A DNA stretch of 32,000 nucleotides. Source: Thermococcus kodakarensis KOD1. GTDB taxonomy: Archaea; Methanobacteriota_B; Thermococci; Thermococcales; Thermococcaceae. This document shows positions 1 through 9,342 of the stretch, in pieces. The stretch's first letter is position 1. Each line of letters opens with the position of its first letter. Location of the stretch: the NCBI RefSeq assembly GCF_000009965.1, contig NC_006624.1, positions 1,770,001 to 1,802,000 of the forward strand. Direction: 5' to 3'. Made by a program: the position numbers and the translations under genes. A model generated the notes under the pieces. The model did no database searches and was not told the DNA's origin. It was given only the letters and a program-made list of their open reading frames with translations.

Positions 1-12
1 AAAGGGCTGATG

Positions 13-90
13 TGGTGGACCGGGCGGGATTTGAACCCGCGGCCTCCGCCTTGCGAGGGCGGCGCTCATACCAGGCTGAGCTACCGGCCC
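13..90 (-). tRNA. tRNA-Ala (anticodon CGC) with genomically encoded CCA
   Basis: The reverse complement folds as GGGCCGG-UA-GCUC-AGCCUGGUAU-GAGC-G-CCGCC-CUCGCAA-GGCGG-AGGCC-GCGGG-UUCAAAU-CCCGC-CCGGUCC-A-CCA. This is a complete cloverleaf with anticodon loop CU-CGC-AA and the G3:U70 alanine identity pair. Confidence 0.9.
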
Positions 91-118
91 ACACCCGGTA
101 TTAGTGAACCCTCCCCTG

Positions 119-132
119 CTTTAAAAAGTTTT
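119..132 (-). promoter_or_regulatory. putative BRE/TATA promoter for tRNA-Ala
   Basis: The minus strand reads AAAACTTTTTAAAG about 30 nt upstream of the tRNA 5' end, which is typical archaeal TATA composition and spacing. Confidence 0.45.
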
Positions 133-255
133 GGTCATGAAATCTAGGGCGTCCAGTGAGCACGGGGAGGTACGTTGTTACACAAAAATGAGTTTATTTT
201 CCAGTGGAAGGGGTGAGTTTTTAACATCTGGGGGGTCACTACCTCAGGTGGTGGC

Positions 256-1533
256 ATGAATCCCCTCGAATTCCATAGGGACAACTTTCCTGGAAATGGG
301 AAGATAGAGGTCATACCGAAGGTACCAGTTAACAGGGAGACCCTGAGCCTCGCCTACACTCCCGGCGTTGCCGAGCCCTCGAAGGCGATAGCCAACGGAG
401 CCGATCCAGACGAGTACACCGTCATACCGAACACCGTGGCGGTTGTTACCGATGGTTCAGCAATTCTGGGCCTCGGGGACATAGGGCCGGTCGCCGGAAT
501 GCCCGTCATGGAGGGAAAAGCTGTTCTCTTCAAGGCGCTCGCGGGCGTGGACGCTTTCCCAATCCTCATTAACACGAAGGACGTTGACGAAATCGTCAGG
601 ACGGTTGAGCTGATAAGCCCCGGCTTCGGCGGGATAAACCTGGAAGACATCTCAGCACCCAGATGCTTTGAGATAGAGGAGAGGCTGAGGGAGAGGCTCG
701 ACATACCAGTTTTTCACGACGACCAGCACGGGACGGCCGTTGTAACCCTCGCCGGGCTGATAAACGCCCTGAAGCTCGTTGGCAAAAAGTTCAGCGAGAT
801 AAAGGTCGCGATCAGCGGCGCGGGGGCGGCTGGGATAGCTATAGCGAAGATCCTCCACAGCGTTGGTGTCAAGGAGATAGTCACCGTTGACAGGAAGGGG
901 ATAATACACGAGGGCAGGGAGGACCTCAACCCGTACAAGCGCGAAGTCGCGGAATACAACGTCCACGGGATAGAGGGCGGCCTGAAGGAGGCGATGGAAG
1001 GGGCCGATGTTTTTATCGGAGTCAGCGCTGGCGGGATAGTAACCCCGGATATGGTTAGGGCTATGGCCGACGATGCAATAGTCTTCGCGATGGCCAATCC
1101 GATTCCTGAAATAATGCCGGAAGAAGCGAAGAGGGCGGGAGCAAGGATCGTTGCCACGGGAAGGAGCGACTTCCCGAACCAGATAAACAACGTGCTCGGC
1201 TTTCCCGGAATCTTCAGGGGCGCCCTCGACGTTAAAGCAGAAGACATAACGCCAAGCATGAAGCTGGCGGCCGCTGAGGCTATAGCCTCGGTCGTGAGCG
1301 ATGACGAGCTGGGCGAAGATTACATAATCCCCTCTCCGCTCCATCCTGACGTTTTCCCGAAGGAAGCGAGGGCAGTCGCGGAAGTGGCCATGAAAGAGGG
1401 CGTTGCGGGGAGAAAGGTAAGCGGTGAGTGGGTCGAGGAGCACACGAGGAGGCTCAGGGAGTTCTACTCGGCTTTCATCGAACCATTGAACGAAAAAAGA
1501 AAGACCTTCAGCGGTAGAGGGAGTTCCCCCTAG
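256..1533 (+). CDS. NAD(P)-dependent malic enzyme (decarboxylating malate dehydrogenase)
   Basis: 425-aa ORF with a GGTGGTGG RBS before the ATG. It carries the small prokaryotic malic-enzyme pattern ([41 protein letters not shown] dinucleotide fold). Confidence 0.9.
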   Translation: MNPLEFHRDNFPGNGKIEVIPKVPVNRETLSLAYTPGVAEPSKAIANGADPDEYTVIPNTVAVVTDGSAILGLGDIGPVAGMPVMEGKAVLFKALAGVDAFPILINTKDVDEIVRTVELISPGFGGINLEDISAPRCFEIEERLRERLDIPVFHDDQHGTAVVTLAGLINALKLVGKKFSEIKVAISGAGAAGIAIAKILHSVGVKEIVTVDRKGIIHEGREDLNPYKREVAEYNVHGIEGGLKEAMEGADVFIGVSAGGIVTPDMVRAMADDAIVFAMANPIPEIMPEEAKRAGARIVATGRSDFPNQINNVLGFPGIFRGALDVKAEDITPSMKLAAAEAIASVVSDDELGEDYIIPSPLHPDVFPKEARAVAEVAMKEGVAGRKVSGEWVEEHTRRLREFYSAFIEPLNEKRKTFSGRGSSP

Positions 1534-2020
1534 AGTCTATCGCGACGAGAAGTGGGAAGTCCTCCACCTCAAGCACCCAAACTGCCTCCGGAATTCCGAG
1601 CTCGTCGAGCCAGTAAACGTCAACTACCCTCTTCACGCTCTCCGCCGCAAGAGAGCCAGCCCCTCCAGTGAAGGCGAAGTAGACGGCCCTCCCAACGAAA
1701 GGCCCGACCTCCATGCCGCCCTTTCCTATTATTCCCCTGACGCCGAGGGACAGAATTTCGTCGAGGTATCGGTTCATCCTCGCGCTCGTCGTTGGGCCCG
1801 CTGAGACGACTTTCCATCCGTCCTCCTTTCTTCTGACCACCGGGCCGCAGTGGTAGATTACTGCGCCTTCAAGCTCGAAGGGAAGCTTCCCCTTCTTCGA
1901 GAGCTCCAGAATCTTCCTGTGGGCCGCGTCTCGTGCAGTATAAATCCTTCCCGAAAGGTAAACGACGTCGCCCGCTCTAAGCTCCAGGACTTCCTCGCCC
2001 AGGGGCGTCTTCAGCTTCAC
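1508..2020 (-). CDS. class I (Fe-S) fumarate hydratase, beta / C-terminal-domain subunit
   Basis: Sequence pattern [15 protein letters not shown]..., [12 protein letters not shown]. The ORF runs up to 2083, but a GTG at 2020 overlaps the alpha-subunit stop (CAGTGA), which suggests translational coupling. The start is uncertain (2020 or 2083). Confidence 0.8.
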   Translation of the reverse strand: MKLKTPLGEEVLELRAGDVVYLSGRIYTARDAAHRKILELSKKGKLPFELEGAVIYHCGPVVRRKEDGWKVVSAGPTTSARMNRYLDEILSLGVRGIIGKGGMEVGPFVGRAVYFAFTGGAGSLAAESVKRVVDVYWLDELGIPEAVWVLEVEDFPLLVAIDSRGNSLYR

Positions 2021-2877
2021 TGCCAAACCTCGACCCTCCCGTCGGCCTTTATCCTGAGGAAGGCCCTCCTGTTCGCCCAGCACTGGACAACCAAACCAAC
2101 TGGAAAGCTCGCAGGGTGCCTGTGCGCAATCTCAATCTTAACATCGAGGGTTGTGGTCTTCCCTCCCATGCCCATAGGGCCAACCCCGAGGGAGTTAACC
2201 TCGGTGAGCAGCTCTTCTTCAAGCTCCGCTATCCTCTCGTCCGGGTTTCTCTCGCCGACCTTTCTCAGAAGGGCCTTCTTGGCTAGGGTTAGGGAGTAGT
2301 CGGCCCCACCACCGACGCCGATCCCGAGAATTATGGGCGGACAGGGCTTTCCGCCGCACTCCGTTACCCGCTCAAGGACGAAGCGCTTAACGCCCTCCCA
2401 GCCTTGAGCTGGAGTCAGCATCGCCAGGGCGGAGCAGTTCTCGCTCCCGCCGCCCTTGGGGAGAACGGCTATCTCAACGTCGCTTCCCTCAACCAGCTCC
2501 CAGCGGATCACCGGTACGCCCTTCCCCGTGTTGTCGCCCGAGTTTCTGCCAGTGAGCACGTCAACGGCGTTGGGCCTCAGCGGAATCTCAAGGGTCGCCC
2601 TCCTCGTTGCCTCTATGATCGCCCTCTCAATCTCGCCCAGGTAAGGACTTCCAATGCCAGCCTTCACGAAGAATGTCAGTGTCCCCGTGTCCTGGCAGAC
2701 AGGAACTATCCTGGATTTTCCAATCTCAATCGCCCTCAGAATGTTGCCGAGGTTGAATCTCGCTATTTCACTCTCCTCGCTCTCGTAGGCCTGCTTGAGT
2801 GCTTTAACAGTGTCCCCTGGAATTGTCGTGACCGCGAGTTTGATGGCATCAACAATAGGGTCAACGAGGTCTTTCAA
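2017..2877 (-). CDS. class I (Fe-S) fumarate hydratase, alpha / N-terminal-domain subunit
   Basis: Carries the CQDTGT motif and the LPKGGGSEN motif of Fe-S hydro-lyases. The ORF extends to 2895, but a TTG at 2877 preceded by GGTGGGTG is the more likely start. Confidence 0.85.
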   Translation of the reverse strand: MKDLVDPIVDAIKLAVTTIPGDTVKALKQAYESEESEIARFNLGNILRAIEIGKSRIVPVCQDTGTLTFFVKAGIGSPYLGEIERAIIEATRRATLEIPLRPNAVDVLTGRNSGDNTGKGVPVIRWELVEGSDVEIAVLPKGGGSENCSALAMLTPAQGWEGVKRFVLERVTECGGKPCPPIILGIGVGGGADYSLTLAKKALLRKVGERNPDERIAELEEELLTEVNSLGVGPMGMGGKTTTLDVKIEIAHRHPASFPVGLVVQCWANRRAFLRIKADGRVEVWQ

Positions 2878-2934
2878 TAGACACCCACCGATCAAAAATG
2901 AGAAAGGATACTTAAAAAGTTTGACAAAATAGAG

Positions 2935-3849
2935 TCAGCCCTTGAGGGCTTCCACTATCTTCTCGGCGACCTCGACGCCTGCCCTCATCTGGGCCTCAAC
3001 AGTCGAGGCGCCGATGTGCGGCGTTAGAACAACGTTGTCAAGCTTTGTGAGCGGGTGGTCTGCTGGAAGGGGCTCCTCCTCGAAGACATCAAGGCCTGCT
3101 CCCGCGATCCAGCCCTCCTGAAGGGCCTTGACGAGGGCATCGGTGTCAACTACCGCACCCCTTGCGGCGTTGATGAGTATGGCGGTCGGCTTCATGAGCT
3201 TGAGCCTCTCCTCGTTTATGAGGTGGTAGGTTGCATCAACCAGCGGGACGTGGAGCGTAACGACGTCGCTCTCCTTCAGGAGCGTCTCAAGGTCAGCAAA
3301 CTTTCCTCCGACCTCCTTTGCCCTTTCCTCGTTTGGATACGGGTCGTAGAAGAGAACCTTCATGCCGAGGGCGTTCGCTATCTTTGCAACCTGGTAGCCT
3401 ATTCTTCCGAAGCCGACGACTCCAATGGTCTTGCCCTCAAGCTCTATTCCCATGCACTGCTTCTTGGCCCAGACGCCTTCCCTCATCTTCCTGTCGGCGA
3501 AGGCTATCTTCCTCGCGACGGCGAAGATAAGGCCGATGGCCAGTTCGGCGACGCTCCTGGAGCTAGCCCCAGGACTGTTTACGACCTTAATTCCCCTCTC
3601 CTCGGCGGCCTTGAGGTCAATGTTGTCGAGGCCAACGCCAGCCCTTCCTATGACCTTGAGCTTGGGAGCGGCCTCGATGACCTTCCTGGTTACCTTCGGC
3701 TTGCTCCTAACGATTATCGCATCGACGTCTTTAACGAGTTCAACGAGCCTGTCCTCATCGGGATACTCCTCGTAAACGACCTCAAAGCCGGCGTTCTTCA
3801 AAACCTCTATCGCCTTCTCGTGAAGCGGAGCGGCAACGAGAACCTTCAT
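2935..3849 (-). CDS. D-3-phosphoglycerate dehydrogenase / D-isomer-specific 2-hydroxyacid dehydrogenase (short form)
   Basis: 304 aa with the NAD fold GVVGFGRIGYQVA, the RGAVVD motif, and the catalytic TPHIGAST histidine region. Confidence 0.85.
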   Translation of the reverse strand: MKVLVAAPLHEKAIEVLKNAGFEVVYEEYPDEDRLVELVKDVDAIIVRSKPKVTRKVIEAAPKLKVIGRAGVGLDNIDLKAAEERGIKVVNSPGASSRSVAELAIGLIFAVARKIAFADRKMREGVWAKKQCMGIELEGKTIGVVGFGRIGYQVAKIANALGMKVLFYDPYPNEERAKEVGGKFADLETLLKESDVVTLHVPLVDATYHLINEERLKLMKPTAILINAARGAVVDTDALVKALQEGWIAGAGLDVFEEEPLPADHPLTKLDNVVLTPHIGASTVEAQMRAGVEVAEKIVEALKG

Positions 3850-3852
3850 CCT

Positions 3853-4500
3853 TCATCCCCTCCTCTTTATTGCCATCAGCATGACCTGATCCGAGGCATC
3901 CTCGGCGCGGTCGGCTATGTCGCCGATTTTCGTCAGAACTTGATTCCATATTAACTTTGCGTAGGTAGTTATGGTCTCGCTCTCAAAGACCTTTTCTTTC
4001 ACGTCGTACTCTATTTTATCGGCGCTTTCCTCGGCGTCCTCTGTCTTTTTAGCCAGCTCAAGGGCTTTGTCCACATCCTCGTTGAGGGCTTTGACGGCCT
4101 CCTTTAGGATTTTAAACGTCTCTATGGCGGAATCTACGAGGCCGAGTATGTCCCCTTTAACTTCCGTCGGGACTTTGGGCTTGGCCAGGATGAGTGTGTG
4201 TGACGCGCTCTCGGCGGCATCGGCCACCTGATCTATCAGCTCGCTAAGCCTCACGTAGTCCCCCCTGCTGACCGGGAGAAAGGCCCCCTCGTAGAGCATC
4301 AGCTCGATGCTCCTCCTAAGTCCGTCCGCTTCGGTCTCAAATCTTGAGACCTCTTCCTCCAGCTCCTTCGCCCGGTTAAAGTCCCCATCAAGGTAAGCCC
4401 CAACCAGCTCCCTGAACGCCCTTAGAGCGTTCTCCACGACATCAAGGTGCTTGTCAATTGCCTCAAAGACGTCAGTCTCTTTTCCACCGAACAGTGACAT
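3853..4500 (-). CDS. DUF47 / PhoU-like protein (putative phosphate-transport regulator family)
   Basis: All-helical acidic protein (…FEAIDKHLDVVENA…EADGLRR…) typical of the DUF47 partners of PiT transporters. The ATG at 4500 follows GAGGGGTG and lies 2 nt after the upstream stop. The ORF track's GTG at 4509 is probably an over-extension. Confidence 0.75.
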   Translation of the reverse strand: MSLFGGKETDVFEAIDKHLDVVENALRAFRELVGAYLDGDFNRAKELEEEVSRFETEADGLRRSIELMLYEGAFLPVSRGDYVRLSELIDQVADAAESASHTLILAKPKVPTEVKGDILGLVDSAIETFKILKEAVKALNEDVDKALELAKKTEDAEESADKIEYDVKEKVFESETITTYAKLIWNQVLTKIGDIADRAEDASDQVMLMAIKRRG

Positions 4501-4502
4501 TC

Positions 4503-5432
4503 TCAACACCCCTCGCTAATATTTCTGGTCTTACCCCTATTTATCCTTTCCTTTGCCTTGACGAGCACCCAGAGAAGTTCGTTCCTCGGCGCCTCCATAC
4601 CCACGGAGCGGGCGTACTCGACTATTTTGCCGTGTATGTAGTCAACCTCGGTCTCCCGTCCCCGCCAGATGTCCTGGAGCGTCGAGTTGTAGTTTTCCCG
4701 GGTTCTCTCTATGGTGTCCCAGAGGAGTTCAAGCGGATGAATCTCGAACTCAATCCCCAACTGCTGGGCGACCATACAGCCCTCCCTGGCTATGTCAACG
4801 GAAATCCCCTCGAGATGAGGATCGTCCTTAAGGTGGCCGTTCTTGACCTCAAGAACGGTGCCGAGACCGTTTATCACGGAGTTTACTATCGCCTTCGCCC
4901 ATTTCCACCCGATCGCGTTTTCCGTTACGCTCGTATCTATTCCAGCCTCGTTGAAGACTGAAGCAACTTCATCAACAAAGTCGTCTCTTCCGGTGGGATA
5001 CCTTCCGATCACAGTTATTCCTTTCCCTGCCCAGAGAACTTTTCCCCATTCAACCAGCATCGCCCCGTTGGTAGTCACTCCCCCCATCACGTTAGGAGTG
5101 TACTTAAGCGCAAGCTCTTCGTTCCCGAGGCCGTTCTGTATGCTTAGAACCCACGTGTTCCTCCCTATGCACTGCCTTGCACATTCAAGGGCTGTCTTCG
5201 TGGAGTATGACTTGACGGCCAGGATGAGCAGGTCGGGCGGCTCCTCTGGAGCATAGATTGTGGCCTTTGGCTTCACGGTAAACTCCTCGGCACCAAAAAC
5301 GTGAAGCCCGTTCTTGTTTATGGCATCAACCTGCTCCCTCCGTCCGATTAGTGTAACGTCGTTCCCGGCCCTCGCCAGAAGAGCGCCGAAGAGGGACCCG
5401 ATACTGCCCGCACCGAGAACGTATATCCTCAT
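4503..5432 (-). CDS. 2-dehydropantoate 2-reductase (ketopantoate reductase, ApbA/PanE family)
   Basis: 309 aa with the N-terminal Rossmann motif [20 protein letters not shown] and ApbA-family length and layout. A GAGGTGAT RBS precedes the start. Confidence 0.85.
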
Positions 5433-5436
5433 TCTA

Positions 5437-5904
5437 TCACCTCGCGAGCTTCCTAAGATGGTGGAGTGAATAGACCAGCGTAATCACCCAGAGTGCCAGC
5501 TTTAGGTTCTCAGGAACGGCGTAGCTTCCTATGAGGTAGAGGGCTGACGCTGGTAAAAGCCCCGCAGAGGCGAGAACCCTGTTTTTCAGTATGAGCAGCA
5601 AAACGGGTATTCCAAGCAGTGCAAAGTCCTCGCCCGTCTGGTAAGCACCCACCGCTATTGCCAGAGCGGTGCCGCCGATGACCGCGTTCACGAACCTCTC
5701 CCAGAACTTCACGGGCTGTCTCTCAAAGGGCCAGCCGAGGAGGAACAGAACTAACCCGAGCAGTGAGAGGATATACCTCAGGTCGTCCTGGAGCGGATAA
5801 GTCCACGCAAAGGCAACTACGCTTCCTCCAACGAAGGGACGGGCCCGCTTTTTCACGACCGCGAGCGAGAGCGGGAGGTAAACAAGCCCAAATTCAGGCC
5901 TCAT
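5437..5904 (-). CDS. small integral membrane protein, unknown function
   Basis: 155 aa with four or five hydrophobic segments and a GGTGGTTGG RBS. Its stop lies 4 nt before the KPR start, so it is the first gene of the operon. Confidence 0.6.
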
Positions 5905-5949
5905 CCAACCACCACAACCGTTTAAAGCATCTCCCTTAAAGACCTACCG

Positions 5950-6657
5950 ATGATATCGGTCGTTCTGGTCGAGCCCGAGGGGCCGGCGAACATCGGCATG
6001 ATAGCGAGGACGATGAAGAACTTCGGCTTCTCAAGGTTAGTGCTCATCAACCCGAACCTGACCGAAGAGAGCTACGCCTACGCCGTCCACGCGCGGGACG
6101 TCCTTGAAAACGCCCTGATTCTGGACTCATTTGAAAAGGCCCTTGAACTCTTCGACTTCACAGTTGGGACGACTGGAAAGCCCGGAAAGCGCTTTATCCC
6201 GCATAGAGCCCCGCTGATGCCCTGGGAGCTGGTTGGGCTTATCAAGGACTACCCTGGAGAGGTAGGAATATTCTTTGGGCGTGAGAGCATCGGCCTGAAG
6301 AACGAGGAGCTTGATGCAATGGACGTCACCCTCACGATACCCACGAGCGAGGAGTACCCCGTTATGAACCTCGCACAGGCCGCAGCGGTAGTCTTGTACG
6401 AGCTGTCGAAGAAGAGGCCAGAGCCATACGTTGAGGCATTAAAGCCAGCTACCAGGGAGGAGAAGGAAGCGCTTGTAAGAACCTGGGAAAAACTTCTCAA
6501 TACTCTCGACTATCCAAAAGATGCTGAGAGAAGGGACGTCTTTGTTAAGGTCTTTCAGAGGGCCGTTGGCAGGGCGTTCCTCTACGGGAGGGAAGTCCAC
6601 ACGCTCATCGGGCCTCTAAGAAAGGCCCTTAAAAGGCTGGAGGAATGCCGATGCTGA
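5950..6657 (+). CDS. SPOUT (SpoU/TrmH class) RNA 2'-O-methyltransferase, TrmJ-like
   Basis: 235 aa with EPEGPANIGMIARTMKNFG, FGRESIGL and NLAQAAAVVLYEL, the three SpoU motifs. Confidence 0.8.
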   Translation: MISVVLVEPEGPANIGMIARTMKNFGFSRLVLINPNLTEESYAYAVHARDVLENALILDSFEKALELFDFTVGTTGKPGKRFIPHRAPLMPWELVGLIKDYPGEVGIFFGRESIGLKNEELDAMDVTLTIPTSEEYPVMNLAQAAAVVLYELSKKRPEPYVEALKPATREEKEALVRTWEKLLNTLDYPKDAERRDVFVKVFQRAVGRAFLYGREVHTLIGPLRKALKRLEECRC

Positions 6658-7175
6658 GCGTGGAGAAGTTTAGAGTCGGGGAGAGAGTGGTTTGGATCGG
6701 TGTAATCTTCTCTGGGAGGGTGCAGGGGATAGCCTTCGCCTTCGACAGGGGCACGCTGATGAAAAGAATCCACGACCTTGCCGAGCACCTGGGGAAGAGA
6801 GGAGTCAGCATATCACTCGACGTCCAGCCGAGCGATTACCCTGAGAAGGTCTTCAAAGTCCTGATTGGGGAGCTCGACAATGCCAGCTTTCTCCGGGAAC
6901 TTTCCTTTGAGGGCGTTACACCCTTTGAGAAGAAGGTTTACGAGTGGCTCACAAAAAACGTTAAAAGAGGGAGCGTTATAACCTACGGTGACCTTGCAAA
7001 GGCGCTCAACACGTCCCCGCGGGCAGTTGGTGGGGCAATGAAGAGAAACCCGTATCCAATCGTTGTTCCCTGTCACAGGGTCGTTGCACACGATGGTATT
7101 GGTTACTACAGCTCCGGGATTGAGGAAAAGAAGTTCCTGCTGGAAATTGAGGGGGTGAAAGAATGGACAAGCTGA
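6651..7175 (+). CDS. ogt: methylated-DNA--protein-cysteine methyltransferase (O6-alkylguanine-DNA alkyltransferase)
   Basis: Carries the PCHRVV active site and the YGDLAKALNTSPRAVGGAMKRNP helix-turn-helix. The start MLSVEKF gives 174 aa and overlaps the upstream stop by 7 nt. The sequence matches my recollection of the T. kodakarensis MGMT. Confidence 0.9.
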   Translation: MLSVEKFRVGERVVWIGVIFSGRVQGIAFAFDRGTLMKRIHDLAEHLGKRGVSISLDVQPSDYPEKVFKVLIGELDNASFLRELSFEGVTPFEKKVYEWLTKNVKRGSVITYGDLAKALNTSPRAVGGAMKRNPYPIVVPCHRVVAHDGIGYYSSGIEEKKFLLEIEGVKEWTS

Positions 7176-8194
7176 AAGCTTACCTGATAGGGTTTCTTAT
7201 TGCAGTCATAGCTATAGCGGCCGGGATAGTCTGGTACGGCGGCTGGAAGCTTCTGCTCCAGGTGATACTCGTTCTTGGTTTCCTCGGCCTCACGCTCGGC
7301 CTCGGCTTCTTCACTGCGCTGACCCTCTACGCCGAGAGCTGGAAGTATGGAACCATACTGGCTGTTTTCACGGCCATCAGCGCCTACGGCCTCTACCTCA
7401 GCTGGACTTGGAAGAACCTCGAAGTGGTCGCAGGTATAATAGTCTTCTTCATAGCGGTGGTTGCCTTCGGAATCTGGTACATCAGCGAGCCTGACCTTGG
7501 ACTTGTTGACCGCTTCAAGAGCGCGGAAAGCCTCGAAAGAGCTGGAAAGTACAAGCAGGCAGCCAGAAAGTACGAGAAGGCAGGCAACTACCTGAAGGCA
7601 GCGGAGATGTACATAAAGCTCGGCTGGCTTGAGAGCGCGGCCTGGGCCTACGAGAAGGCAGGAGAGTACGCAAAGGCAGCTGAAATATACGAGCAGCTCT
7701 ATGGAAAGGAGAAGGACACCTACTACCTCAAGGAGGCCCACGAGTACTGGAAGAAGGCCGGAGACATGGAGAGGGCAGCGAAGGCCCTGGAGCGCTACGC
7801 CGAGGAGGAGCCCTGGTTCTGGGAGGATGTTGCTAAACTCTACGAGGAGCTTGGAAACGAGGAGAAGGCCAGGGAAGCCTGGGAAAAGGCCCTTGAGTAT
7901 TACAAGGGCGAAGCCCAGGAAGAAGGAGTATTCTGGGAGGACGTCGGGAACATCGCAAGGAAGCTCGGCATGGAAGACCTTGCCAGGGAAGCCTACGGGA
8001 AGTTCCTCGAGTACTGCCTGAAGGAAGCTGAGGAGGACCCGATGTGGTGGAAGCACGTGGCAGAGGCCTACGAGTACCTCGGCGAGACAGAGAAGGCCGA
8101 AGAGGCCAGGGAGAAGTACGAGGAGTACAGGCAGAAGATCATGAAGGCGAACGAAGAAACTTCAAAGTTCCCTGAAGACGAGAAGAGGGAGTGA
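7163..8194 (+). CDS. membrane-anchored TPR-like repeat protein
   Basis: 343 aa. There are four N-terminal hydrophobic helices, then repeated A..YEKAG.Y..AAE.Y units and Trp-rich acidic repeats. The ATG sits inside the ogt 3' end (13-nt overlap) after GGGGGTGA. Confidence 0.7.
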   Translation: MDKLKAYLIGFLIAVIAIAAGIVWYGGWKLLLQVILVLGFLGLTLGLGFFTALTLYAESWKYGTILAVFTAISAYGLYLSWTWKNLEVVAGIIVFFIAVVAFGIWYISEPDLGLVDRFKSAESLERAGKYKQAARKYEKAGNYLKAAEMYIKLGWLESAAWAYEKAGEYAKAAEIYEQLYGKEKDTYYLKEAHEYWKKAGDMERAAKALERYAEEEPWFWEDVAKLYEELGNEEKAREAWEKALEYYKGEAQEEGVFWEDVGNIARKLGMEDLAREAYGKFLEYCLKEAEEDPMWWKHVAEAYEYLGETEKAEEAREKYEEYRQKIMKANEETSKFPEDEKRE

Positions 8195-8542
8195 ATTTTC
8201 TCTTGTTTCTACCTTTACAATCCTTCAATTATTCTGTCAATTTCTTCAGCGTTTAGCTTCTCCCCCTTCACGATGCCCCAGTACTTTTCGATCTTTTTCC
8301 TGACTGGGATGATTCCAGTTTCTTCGGTCTTTTTGGCTTCTTCTTCCTCAAGCTCTCTCCTTCCTTTCCACGTATCCCTTTATCCACCGTGAGAGTGCCC
8401 AGTAGAGAACCGCCATCACTAGCAGTCCTAGAGTGGCCAAGACAATCCCTCTCTCAGTGGGCACGGATTGTGGAACGGCGGGCATCGTCTCACTGAGCTT
8501 GTTTATTCCAGAAAGATGCTTTAAGGGTTCTCATTTTCTCAA

Positions 8543-8556
8543 CCTTTTTAAAATCC
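8543..8556 (+). promoter_or_regulatory. putative TATA box for the NAC gene
   Basis: CCTTTTTAAAATCC lies about 30 nt upstream of ATG 8583, with GGTGGA as the RBS. Confidence 0.45.
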
Positions 8557-8582
8557 CCCGACAACTCTACCCGGTGGAAGCT

Positions 8583-8918
8583 ATGATGGGAATGAACCCG
8601 AGACAGATGAAGAAGCTCATGAAGCAGCTGGGCATTAAGATGGAGGAGCTTGAGGGCGTGGAAGAAGTAGTTCTGAGGATGAAGGGCAAGGAGATAATCT
8701 TAAAGGAGCCGGCCGTTACCGTGATGGTCGTCCAGGGAGAGAAGACCTACCAGATAATCCCTGGAAGTGAGGAAGTGAGAGAAGTCCTTGAAATTTCAGA
8801 GGATGACATAAAGCTCGTCATGGAGCAGGCGGGAGTTGACTACGATACCGCAAAAAAGGCGCTGGAAGAAGCGAAAGGAGACCTCGCGGAGGCTATCCTG
8901 AAGCTCACTGAGGGGTGA
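8583..8918 (+). CDS. nac: nascent polypeptide-associated complex protein (archaeal NAC; NAC + UBA domains)
   Basis: [29 protein letters not shown]… followed by a C-terminal UBA-like [20 protein letters not shown]. The 8433 start in the ORF track runs through the promoter, so it was rejected. Confidence 0.85.
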   Translation: MMGMNPRQMKKLMKQLGIKMEELEGVEEVVLRMKGKEIILKEPAVTVMVVQGEKTYQIIPGSEEVREVLEISEDDIKLVMEQAGVDYDTAKKALEEAKGDLAEAILKLTEG

Positions 8919-8921
8919 TCC

Positions 8922-9278
8922 TCACTCCCCATGCTCTTTTTGGAAGCTCTCTATGGCCTTAACGAGCGGGATGAGGTGCATCAACGCCGGGCCGCCGGCC
9001 ATCAGAACCGCCACGAGGCCAGCTTCAATAAGCTCCTCCGGCTTTGCACCGGCTTCGAGGGCCTTCTGGGTGTGGAGGTAGATGCACCACTCGCAGCCTG
9101 CAGCTATTCCAAGGGCTAGGGCTATGAGCTCCTTCTCCCTCGTTGTAAGGGCTTTGTTGTCAAGGGTCTCGCGGAGGAACCTTGAGAACGCCGCTATCTC
9201 TTTAGGGTGCTCTTTACCGAGCTTTTCGAGGAGCTCCTCAATCTCTTTCAACTTAACCATAACGTCGCCGTTCTCCAT
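8922..9278 (-). CDS. carboxymuconolactone decarboxylase / AhpD-like family protein
   Basis: About 118 aa, with the CxxC motif in GIAAGCEWCIYLH characteristic of the AhpD core. The start is ambiguous (9287, 9278 or 9260). Confidence 0.8.
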   Translation of the reverse strand: MENGDVMVKLKEIEELLEKLGKEHPKEIAAFSRFLRETLDNKALTTREKELIALALGIAAGCEWCIYLHTQKALEAGAKPEELIEAGLVAVLMAGGPALMHLIPLVKAIESFQKEHGE

Positions 9279-9342
9279 AAATATCACCGGTATAAGTTAG
9301 AACGGCAGATTTAAAGGGATTTCCAGAACAAAAGGTTGAAAA

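Noticed and set aside
91-255. C/D-box sRNA candidates in intergenic spacers (also 24188-24324, 29910-30049 and 30677-30955)
   Set aside because: I looked for RUGAUGA…CUGA pairs with appropriate spacing on both strands and found only isolated CTGA or degenerate ATGAnn matches. No C/D plus C'/D' architecture is present.
7106-8056. 316-aa minus-strand ORF
   Set aside because: It is entirely antisense to the TPR-like gene. The product is low-complexity and L/V/G/P-rich with no RBS, which is the typical shadow frame of GAR/AAG-rich coding sequence.
8433-8582. N-terminal extension of the NAC ORF (GTG at 8433)
   Set aside because: The extension runs through the TATA-like box at 8543-8556 and the GGTGGA RBS. 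The conserved NAC sequence begins at the ATG cluster at 8583.
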